Shown: in pieces, positions 8,583 through 14,759 of the stretch
Numbering within the stretch: the first letter of the stretch is position 1
How the letters are laid out: the number at the start of each line of letters is the position of its first letter
Origin: Eubacteriales bacterium
Lineage (GTDB): Bacteria > Bacillota > Clostridia > Oscillospirales > CAG-272
Direction: 5' to 3'
Assembly (NCBI GenBank): GCA_045123255.1
Contig: JBGVIN010000010.1
Span: 3,044-67,043 of the forward strand
DNA length: 64,000 nucleotides
Position numbers and translations under genes: made by a program
The notes under the pieces: generated by a model
What the model saw: only the letters and a program-made list of their open reading frames with translations
Told to the model about the DNA's origin: nothing
The model's database searches: none

Positions 8583-9353
8583 ATGAACGAACAAAACAAA
8601 AATAACATACCCGAGCGCGAGTCTAACGCCGCGAGGCGAATTCGATTGCTCGGCATAGAAAACGACGATAAAATTCATGATACCTCGCGAGAAATAACCA
8701 AGGGCAATTTTTTCGCCAACCTTTGGTATAAGCACAAGTGGCCGCTTATTATAGGAGCATTTTTCTTGGTTGTAATTATCGCGCTTAGCACAACTATAAT
8801 TTATCAAAGGCTTACAGCGGCAGATATGTCTATTGCCTACAACGGGCCAAAGGAAATTACAAAGGCGGAGCTTGACAAGGCAAATTCAATCTTTTTAGAG
8901 CTTGTCCCGGATTACACGAAAAACGGCAAGGTTGAGATTGATTGGACAAAAAACAGATACTTAACTGACGAGCAGTTTAGATTGGAAAACGGTGGCAAGG
9001 ATATGACACAGCCACAAAAGCAAGCAATGGGTCAGGCATATGACCAAATCAGCAATATGATAGCATATAGCGACTATGACTTTTTGCTCCTCGATACCGC
9101 GATTTATGACGAATTTGCATCAAGCTTTTTCGCACTTACCGACCTATTTCCCGATAAGGATTATAGTGAAATTTCGTACAAGGGGTGCGGCGTTTACCTT
9201 TGGAAAACGGAATTTGCAAAGCAAAATCCCGAGCTGCTTTCAATTTTCCCCAAGGACACCGTCATTTGCATACCAAAGCTGATGAGCAAAAGCCACGATA
9301 AGGAAGCCGCGCTCTTAAAAGCGATTTTAGAGTACGAAAAGGCGTCGGAATAA
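8583..9353 (+). CDS. hypothetical membrane-anchored protein (single N-proximal TM)
   Basis: 256-aa ORF with a GGAG RBS. TM segment WPLIIGAFFLVVIIALSTTIIY. Followed by a terminator at 9372-9396. Confidence 0.6.
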   Translation: MNEQNKNNIPERESNAARRIRLLGIENDDKIHDTSREITKGNFFANLWYKHKWPLIIGAFFLVVIIALSTTIIYQRLTAADMSIAYNGPKEITKAELDKANSIFLELVPDYTKNGKVEIDWTKNRYLTDEQFRLENGGKDMTQPQKQAMGQAYDQISNMIAYSDYDFLLLDTAIYDEFASSFFALTDLFPDKDYSEISYKGCGVYLWKTEFAKQNPELLSIFPKDTVICIPKLMSKSHDKEAALLKAILEYEKASE

Positions 9354-9371
9354 TTCATATTTAACATAAAA

Positions 9372-9396
9372 AGCAGACACAGGGTCTGCTTTTTGT
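9372..9396 (+). terminator. rho-independent terminator
   Basis: AGCAGAC-ACAGG-GTCTGCT followed by TTTTTG. Confidence 0.75.
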
Positions 9397-9404
9397 GTTG
9401 TCAC

Positions 9405-9620
9405 AGATGCATTCGGGGAGAAAATGCACGCAAGCGCGAGGTTATACAATCCTGCGGATTGGTGATATACACACATTCGTGTGATGATATGCAACTCCGT
9501 TGGAATTGATGATATACACCTGCGGTGATGATATGCAACGCCAAGGCGTTGATTGAACCGTAGGTGCAATTCACGAATCTCCCGCGAAAATAGACTCCTC
9601 GACAGGCTCGGAATGACAGG
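9405..9620 (-). repeat. composite hairpin-array element, copy E1 (CATTCCGAGC module + GTAG hairpin + CATATCAT/palindrome array)
   Basis: The reverse complement reads CATTCCGAGCCTGTCGAGGAG...GGGAGATTCGTGAATTGCACCTACGGTTCAAT. This is followed by caacgccttggcgttg CATATCAT caccgcaggtg TATATCAT caattccaacggagttg CATATCAT cacacgaatgtgtg TATATCAC caatccgcaggattg. Collinear with 14108-14262 and 36536-36736. Confidence 0.8.
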
Positions 9621-9638
9621 AAAAACAATGGGCGCATT

Positions 9639-9710
9639 GTAGGGGAGGCAATCTGCCTCCCGCACAAACGGTACGCACCGACAAAACAGGAGGATAATAT
9701 CCTCCCCTAC
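9639..9710. repeat. inverted doublet of GTAG-headed hairpins (REP/REPIN-like)
   Basis: GTAGGGGAGGCAATCTGCCTCCCGC (9639-9663, plus) faces GTAGGGGAGGATATTATCCTCC (9689-9710, minus). The same doublet with the same 28-nt spacer recurs, inverted, at 14310-14382. Confidence 0.8.
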
Positions 9711-9730
9711 AGTTCTGAATGAGGTGTTAA

Positions 9731-9820
9731 GCAGAACACGGCTTAAAACCGCAAAAGAAAACGCCCTGCTTTAGGCAGAGCGTTTCCATATATATTGAAC
9801 TAAGTCTATAAGCTGATGAC
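9731..9820 (-). repeat. degenerate second copy of the rnpB 3' end plus its terminator
   Basis: 9731-9820 aligns with 9935-10027. Shared blocks: GCAGAACACGGC..AAAAGAAAA..GCTTTAGGC..TTTCCATAT..TGAACTAA.TCTATAAGC. About three quarters of positions are identical by eye. Confidence 0.7.
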
Positions 9821-9959
9821 AAGGTGAAAACAATTGAGTATTGTTTTCACCGCAGGAATTCAAACAAAGCAAGAAGTATAAGAAGTCTTTCGCTTGGAAA
9901 GACGACTTAGACGACTATGCGGCTTTGCGTGCTTGCAGAACACGGCAAAGGCATTACAA

Positions 9960-9987
9960 AAGAAAAAACCAAGCTTTAGGCTCGGTT
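9960..9987 (-). terminator. rho-independent terminator of rnpB
   Basis: Minus strand AACCGAGCC-TAAA-GCTTGGTT followed by TTTTTCT, about 13 nt after the predicted rnpB 3' end. Confidence 0.7.
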
Positions 9988-9999
9988 TTTCCATATTAA

Positions 10000-10361
10000 G
10001 TGAACTAAATCTATAAGCCGTGTTCTGTATTCGACGGTCATCTATCTTTGCCTTACGTCACCGTAAGGCTCCGCAAAATTGCGTGCCACCCATGGGAACG
10101 GCTTACGCCTTATCGAGCAAATAAAATTCCCATATGCGGTGTTGCTTCGGATAGGGTTTACACCTACTCTACGTTACCGTAGAATATCGTGAGCTCTTAC
10201 CTCGCGTTTTCATCCTTACCCTTTCGGGCGGTAGTTTTCTGTTGCACTTTCCCGGGAGTCGCCTCCGACTGACGTTATCAGTTACCCTGCTCTGTGAAGC
10301 ACGGACTTTCCTCACGCTAATACCTTTCGGCTCCATAGCGCGCAACCGTCCAACTTAGTTC
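10000..10361 (-). ncRNA. rnpB: RNase P RNA, bacterial class A
   Basis: Minus strand contains the universal blocks GAGGAAAGUCCGUGC (P4 5' strand), CAGGGUAACUGAUAACGUCAG, AGUGCAACAGAAA, GGGUAAGGAUGAAA..GGUAAGAGCUCACG and AGAUAGAUGACCGUCGAAUACAGAACACGGCUUAUAG. P1 pairs GAACUAAGU with AUUUAGUUC. A consensus promoter places the 5' end near 10361. Confidence 0.93.
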
Positions 10362-10367
10362 CCTTGT

Positions 10368-10396
10368 ATTATAATTGATTTTTACCGTTTTGTCAA
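10368..10396 (-). promoter_or_regulatory. consensus sigma-A promoter of rnpB
   Basis: Minus strand TTGACA (10391-10396) - exactly 17 nt - TATAAT (10368-10373). The predicted TSS coincides with the start of helix P1. Confidence 0.75.
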
Positions 10397-10485
10397 GTGT
10401 GAGAAAAAATTGGCACAAATATTTTTCTTATCATAAGATAAAAATAAAGATAAAATCACGAAATTCATACACAGGTGGGGGTAAA

Positions 10486-10668
10486 ATGGAAAACAACGTC
10501 GAATTGCCTATCAAACTCCAAATGGCACTTGCTCACAACGAAAAAGCCTTTTCTACGTTTTTAAGAATGGACGAGGCACATCAAAACGAGGTCGTAAAAA
10601 ACGCAAGCAAGCTCGAAAGCGTGCGCGAAATTAACAATTTTGTCAATTCAATATCACGTATGCATTGA
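10486..10668 (+). CDS. small hypothetical protein (60 aa)
   Basis: Internal ATG of track ORF 10375-10668, preceded by GGTGGGGG RBS-like sequence. Sequence MENNVELPIKLQMALAHNEKAFSTFLRMDEAHQNEVVKNASKLESVREINNFVNSISRMH. No family recognised. Confidence 0.45.
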   Translation: MENNVELPIKLQMALAHNEKAFSTFLRMDEAHQNEVVKNASKLESVREINNFVNSISRMH

Positions 10669-10745
10669 AAACACTCACGTTAGATAAAAAATTGCTCCTA
10701 AGCACGGCAAATTCTCACCGTCATCTTAGGAGCATTCGTTTTAGC

Positions 10746-11438
10746 TTATTTTGTAAGAAGCTCGCGCTCCTTTTCAGCTTCGCTTTTTGTTTCGTCGCTT
10801 TGCTTTGGAATTGGCAAATTCCATTTGAACTTAAAGGCAAGCATTCTTATTGCAATTACTATCGTCATCGTTATTACGGTTGCCCAAACCTCGCCGATAA
10901 ATTTATAGGTTAAAACGAAGAAGCAGGACGCTATTATAACGGGGATTAGATAAATGTGCTTTCTGAATACCGCAGGAATGGTGGCTGAGCAAATATCGCG
11001 CAAAATACCGCCGCCAACGCCTGTAATGCAGCCACAGAACACGAGAATAACAAAGCCTGTTTTGCCGCTTTCAATGGCTATTTCAAGTCCGCTAACAACG
11101 AACGAGGCAAGACCCAACGCGTCGGTAAATTCGATAATAAAGCTATGCTGATGCCTGTCTGCGTAGCGTGCAACGCGCTTTATAAATCCAAGGTGGTAGC
11201 ATATAATGCACACAACCGAGGAAATAACCGCTATTGCGATAAGCGTTTTATCGGCCAAAATACTCGGTGGCACATTGCCTATCGCCAAATCTCTTATAAA
11301 TCCACCGCCAAAGCAGGTGAGTAGCGAAAATATGAGTGCGCCAATAACGTCAGCACGCTTGTGTATAGCGTAGATGGTTGCGGAAACGGTAAACGAAACC
11401 GCGCCGACCGCTTGAATAATAATCAAAAAGATTTCCAA
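10746..11438 (-). CDS. UPF0126 / TRIC-like (YadS/YicG family) membrane channel protein
   Basis: 230 aa, 7 TM. Duplicated UPF0126 signature GGGFIRDLAIG and GVGGGILRDI. Confidence 0.8.
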   Translation of the reverse strand: MEIFLIIIQAVGAVSFTVSATIYAIHKRADVIGALIFSLLTCFGGGFIRDLAIGNVPPSILADKTLIAIAVISSVVCIICYHLGFIKRVARYADRHQHSFIIEFTDALGLASFVVSGLEIAIESGKTGFVILVFCGCITGVGGGILRDICSATIPAVFRKHIYLIPVIIASCFFVLTYKFIGEVWATVITMTIVIAIRMLAFKFKWNLPIPKQSDETKSEAEKERELLTK

Positions 11439-11453
11439 ATCAAATTACCACTC

Positions 11454-12698
11454 TTAAAATTTATGAATTAAAATTCCGCTGCGGAGCTTTGGCTCGAACC
11501 AGGTTGACTTCGGTGGCATAACGTCGCCGCTATCGGCAACCGCCATTAAATCATCAAGGGAGGTTGGATACATTGAAATTGCCATAACCATATCCTCGTC
11601 GCACCTTTTTACAAGGTAGTCAAGACCGCGAATACCGCCTGCAAAGTCAATGCGCTTGCTTGTACGCGGATCATCTATATCAAGAATAGCGGACAAAAGA
11701 TTTTTTTGCAAAATCGCACAGTCAAGGCGTTCGCTTGGTCTTTCGCTTGCGCAAAGCTCGGGGTAAAATTCGAGCTTATACCACTCCTTACCAACGTAGA
11801 TGCCAACCTCGTGCTTCTTCTTCGGGCGGTATGGCTCGCTTCCCTCGCACTTTGTGAGCTTGCCAACCTTTTCCTCTACGATTTTGAGGAAATCATCGAC
11901 CCCGTGTCCGTTCAAGTCCTTCAAAAGGCGGTTGTAGTCAAGAATTTTGAGCGTTTTTGACGGGAAGATAACGGAGAGGAAGTAGTTAAATTCCTCGTCG
12001 CCTGTATAGCATTTATTCTCCTCTCTGCGTTTAAGACCAACCTTGACGGCAGAAGCGCAGCGGTGATGTCCGTCTGCTATATATAATGCGTCAAGTAACG
12101 TAAATGACTCCTCAATTTTTGCATCAATCTCGCGCGAGGAGGTTTGCCAAACGGTATGGCGCACGCCATCCTCACCGACAAAATCGTAGATAGGCGCTTG
12201 CTTCGTTTCGCGCTCGATAATTTCATCTAAGGTGTCGCTGTCCTTATAGCAAAGGAAGATAGGACCTGTGTGAGCTGAGCAGGTGTCAACGTGGTTGATA
12301 CGGTCGATTTCCTTGTCGGCACGTGTAAACTCGTGCTTCTTTATTCTATTTTCTAAATAGTCATCAACAGAGGCACAGCCAACGATACCCGTTTGGCTCT
12401 GTTCTCCCATAATTTGACGGTAGAAATAGAATTTTCTTTCATTATCGTTTATATAAACGCCGTCCCTTTCGTAGCCGTCAAGGGTGTCCTTCGCGGTTTT
12501 ATAAACTATCTCACTGTAAATATCAACACCTTTTTCAAGGTTTATTTCTGCTCTGTCAACGCGCAAAAACGAATACGGGTTGCCCTTTACCATTTCTCTT
12601 GCCTCGCTTGACGACATAACGTCATACGGAAGCGCCGCGCATTTATCAACAAGCGCCTCAGTTGGACGGAGCGCACAGAAGGGTTTTACTTTTATCAT
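11454..12698 (-). CDS. DUF1015 family protein
   Basis: 414 aa. N-terminus MIKVKPFCALRP...LPYDVMSSSEAREMVKGNPYSFLRV and the internal IADGHHR motif are typical of DUF1015. Only 15 nt upstream of the TRIC-like gene, so probably one operon. Confidence 0.8.
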   Translation of the reverse strand: MIKVKPFCALRPTEALVDKCAALPYDVMSSSEAREMVKGNPYSFLRVDRAEINLEKGVDIYSEIVYKTAKDTLDGYERDGVYINDNERKFYFYRQIMGEQSQTGIVGCASVDDYLENRIKKHEFTRADKEIDRINHVDTCSAHTGPIFLCYKDSDTLDEIIERETKQAPIYDFVGEDGVRHTVWQTSSREIDAKIEESFTLLDALYIADGHHRCASAVKVGLKRREENKCYTGDEEFNYFLSVIFPSKTLKILDYNRLLKDLNGHGVDDFLKIVEEKVGKLTKCEGSEPYRPKKKHEVGIYVGKEWYKLEFYPELCASERPSERLDCAILQKNLLSAILDIDDPRTSKRIDFAGGIRGLDYLVKRCDEDMVMAISMYPTSLDDLMAVADSGDVMPPKSTWFEPKLRSGILIHKF

Positions 12699-12747
12699 TT
12701 TATTTCTCCTAATCTATAAAGCAATTGATAATATTTCTATCTATATA

Positions 12748-12776
12748 AGTATATCACGATATTTTTTACTTGTCAA
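12748..12776 (-). promoter_or_regulatory. sigma-A-type promoter of the DUF1015/TRIC operon
   Basis: Minus strand TTGACA (12771-12776) - 17 nt - TATACT (12748-12753). Confidence 0.55.
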
Positions 12777-12835
12777 CAATTCGCGCAAGGACGGATGAAA
12801 AATTTGCTCTTTATTTAAGAATTTTGTATTTTCTA

Positions 12836-12863
12836 TTGAATTATTGAATAAATATGATATAAT
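12836..12863 (+). promoter_or_regulatory. sigma-A-type promoter (extended -10) of the 12910 gene
   Basis: TTGAAT (12836-12841) - 16 nt - TGaTATAAT (-10 = 12858-12863). Implies that the track start at 12844 is not used. Confidence 0.55.
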
Positions 12864-12909
12864 GAATTCGTTAGAAAATCTAACAAATTTAGTTAAAAAG
12901 GAGTTTACT

Positions 12910-13392
12910 ATGGGATTTTTAAGAAAAATTTACCCGGGCGCTTTCAAGGTTGAAAAGAAGGTTACAAAGCCTTTTGTTATTAAGCTTGTTGTTTTTGCAA
13001 TCATCTATTTTGTTGCCTCGGTAATTATTGGAGCTCTTATGGCAACATTCGGACTTATAGGCGCAGCTTCCTCTAAAGCAGTAGTTGGCATTATTTGCTA
13101 CCTCGTTATACTTCTCCTCGGTCTTGTTGACTTAGTGCTATGTGCTTACACAGCTGGCGGAGTTGTAATTTCAATCCTCAAGTTCGTTGGCGTTATCAAG
13201 GACCAAACCTCAGAGGTTGAGAACACAAATCTCAACAATGCTGCAGGCAAGGTTGGCGGCGTATTCGAAAAGGTTGTTGGCGCTACCGAAAACGTAGTTA
13301 ACAAGGTTGTTGACAAGGCAACTGAAAAGAAGGAAGACAAGGCTGAAAATGCTGAGGAAACCGAAAACGCTGAAGAAAACGCAGCTGAATAA
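12910..13392 (+). CDS. hypothetical membrane protein with acidic C-terminal tail
   Basis: The start at 12910 (MGFLRKIYPG...) has AAGGAG 7 nt upstream. Three TM segments. C-terminal KKEDKAENAEETENAEENAAE. Confidence 0.6.
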   Translation: MGFLRKIYPGAFKVEKKVTKPFVIKLVVFAIIYFVASVIIGALMATFGLIGAASSKAVVGIICYLVILLLGLVDLVLCAYTAGGVVISILKFVGVIKDQTSEVENTNLNNAAGKVGGVFEKVVGATENVVNKVVDKATEKKEDKAENAEETENAEENAAE

Positions 13393-13403
13393 TTGACTAC
13401 ATA

Positions 13404-13435
13404 TAGCGTGATACTCCGTTAAGAGTATCACGCTA
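13404..13435 (+). other. 13-bp perfect hairpin directly after the stop codon (no T-run)
   Basis: TAGCGTGATACTC-CGTTAA-GAGTATCACGCTA. Confidence 0.5.
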
Positions 13436-13437
13436 AA

Positions 13438-13590
13438 CTATGATTGCCCTTGCGGGCAAGTTATGAGTTATGATATGCTTCGCATAGTTATGATTGGGCA
13501 ACGCCCAAGTTACAGATTAGATAGGCAATCATATCATAACATTTGCGCAGCAAATTCATAACGGCGAGCATAGCGAGCCTCATAACTCTA
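13438..13590. repeat. hairpin array built on the word GTTATGA (left half) and its complement TCATAAC (right half)
   Basis: GTTATGA at 13460, 13467 and 13487. TCATAAC at 13534, 13556 and 13580. Interleaved with palindromes ttgcccttgcgggcaa, tatgcttcgcata, ttgggcaacgcccaa and atttgcgcagcaaat. Confidence 0.75.
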
Positions 13591-13609
13591 AACTAAAACC
13601 GACAGAAAA

Positions 13610-13660
13610 AGAGCAGACACATAAGGTCTTATACCTTGAGTGTTTGCTCTTGTTTTTCTT
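13610..13660 (+). terminator. rho-independent terminator about 220 nt downstream of the 12910-13392 gene
   Basis: Long hairpin AGAGCAGACAC...GTGTTTGCTCT followed by TGTTTTTCTTT. Places the GTTATGA array inside a probable 3' UTR. Confidence 0.55.
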
Positions 13661-13664
13661 TATG

Positions 13665-13745
13665 TCGATATGTGGGCTTTGCCCACTCGATATGTTATCG
13701 CTTTGCTCGAACTCGATATATTGTCGCTACGCGCTAATTCGATAT
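13665..13745 (+). repeat. hairpin array built on the word TCGATAT
   Basis: TCGATAT at 13665, 13687, 13713 and 13739 (periods 22, 26, 26), separated by GC-rich quasi-palindromes. The first, gtgggctttgcccac, is perfect. Confidence 0.65.
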
Positions 13746-13808
13746 GAGATAAATCCCGCATTGGCGGTGGATAAGGTGTAGTCGTCCGTTGTAAAATAAC
13801 ATTATCTT

Positions 13809-14016
13809 GTAGGGGCGACCATTGGTCGTCCGCATTGTTGGGTGCGTTCCAATTGAAACGGGGCGTTGAGGACGTCGCTATTCGAGACAGAGACGCCGTC
13901 CCCTAAGAATAATCAACGCGCAGCGTTGTATATCATCAATGCAACGCGTTGTATATCATCACGGCGTGCCGTGTATATCACCACGCATTTGCGTGCATAT
14001 CATCAACCGTAGGTTG
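13809..14016 (+). repeat. GTAG hairpin plus CATATCAT/palindrome array (partial composite copy)
   Basis: GTAGGGGCGACCATTGGTCGTCCGC (13809-13833). Then caacgcgcagcgttg TATATCAT caatgcaacgcgttg TATATCAT cacggcgtgccgtg TATATCAC cacgcatttgcgtg CATATCAT caaccgtaggttg (13914-14016). Confidence 0.8.
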
Positions 14017-14107
14017 CATTGGTCTTTTCCAGCGTTGCTGGGTGCGTGCCTGTTCCCCTCATCCACCATAAATGGTTCCCCTCCCATCATAGGGGATGGC
14101 TCATTTC

Positions 14108-14262
14108 CCGTCATTCCGAGCGTAGCCGAGGAATCCCCGCAGACGGGCGATTCGTGAATCGCCCCTACGGTATAATCAACGCCTCGGCGTTGTATATCAT
14201 CACGGTTTACCGTGTATATCATCAACCCGCAGGATTGTATATCACCACGCTTTCGTGCATTT
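14108..14262 (+). repeat. composite hairpin-array element, copy E2
   Basis: CATTCCGAGCGTAGCCGAGGAATCCCCGCAGACGGGCGATTCGTGAATCGCCCCTACGGTATAAT. Then caacgcctcggcgttg TATATCAT cacggtttaccgtg TATATCAT caacccgcaggattg TATATCAC cacgctttcgtg. Confidence 0.8.
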
Positions 14263-14265
14263 TTT

Positions 14266-14440
14266 GCGGACAACCAATGGTTGCCCCTACGGTGAATTTT
14301 GTTTTGTTTGTAGGGGAGGATATTATCCTCCCATTTCGTTCGGTGCGTACCGTTTGTGCGGGAGGCAGATTGCCTCCCCTACAATGCACCCATCGTTTTC
14401 TCTGTCATTCCGAGCGTAGCCGAGGAATCCCCGCGGATTG
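14266..14440. repeat. GTAG hairpins: single unit (14266-14290, minus), inverted doublet (14310-14382) and a CATTCCGAGC module (14405-14435)
   Basis: GCGGACAACCAATGGTTGCCCCTAC. GTAGGGGAGGATATTATCCTCCC ... GGAGGCAGATTGCCTCCCCTAC. TCATTCCGAGCGTAGCCGAGGAATCCCC. Confidence 0.8.
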
Positions 14441-14460
14441 TTCACACTTTCCATTTTTAG

Positions 14461-14517
14461 AAAAAAGAAGGCTACCGCCTCCTCTGCCCGAGGGCAGAGA
14501 GCGGTAGCTTCTTTTTA
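14461..14517. terminator. strong bidirectional rho-independent terminator ending the giant-gene transcription unit
   Basis: AAAAAA-GAAGGCTACCGCCTCCTCTGCCC-GAG-GGCAGAGAGCGGTAGCTTC-TTTTT. On the minus strand it begins right after the stop codon of the 66-aa ORF (14515-14517). Confidence 0.85.
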
Positions 14518-14715
14518 TTTGTTGAAATATGGGTTTAGTGATGTTGGCATCGTTGGGAAAGTAACGTTTCCGCTACCAGGGTTTGACGGTGTTACAGAAG
14601 GAAATCCTCCACCTCCCGTACCTCCAGCGGTTTCGTTTTCTCCAAGAGAAACATCCATAATATCCTCTACTTCAACGTTATCTATTTCTATAATAGGTGA
14701 AACATACTTGTTCAT
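14515..14715 (-). CDS. small hypothetical protein (66 aa), acidic N-half and Gly/Pro/Thr-rich C-half, co-oriented 44 nt downstream of the giant gene
   Basis: MNKYVSPIIEIDNVEVEDIMDVSLGENETAGGTGGGGFPSVTPSNPGSGNVTFPTMPTSLNPYFNK. AAGGAG lies 10 nt upstream of the ATG. The stop abuts the terminator. No signal peptide or TM. Confidence 0.5.
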   Translation of the reverse strand: MNKYVSPIIEIDNVEVEDIMDVSLGENETAGGTGGGGFPSVTPSNPGSGNVTFPTMPTSLNPYFNK

Positions 14716-14759
14716 CGGGTATTAACTCCTTTCGTCTCAGGTATTATTTGAAATAGTTT

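Noticed and set aside
8481-8807. 108-aa minus-strand ORF overlapping the start of the 8583-9353 gene
   Set aside because: It overlaps a better-supported plus-strand gene and its promoter region. It has no RBS and a low-complexity, Tyr/Asn-rich translation of AT-rich DNA.
10665-10913. 82-aa plus-strand ORF after the small 10486-10668 gene
   Set aside because: Most of it is antisense to the well-supported TRIC/UPF0126 gene (10746-11438). No RBS is present.
13959-14507. Track ORFs 13939-14157, 13959-14273 and 14019-14507 (up to 162 aa) as protein-coding genes
   Set aside because: They lie entirely within REP-like hairpin repeats. They have no RBS, overlap each other on both strands, and their peptides (e.g. 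...GRLPPLQ..., ...HSERSRGIP...) are just translations of the repeat modules. The same applies to 9327-9667, 36487-36810, 36910-37409 and 62861-63373.
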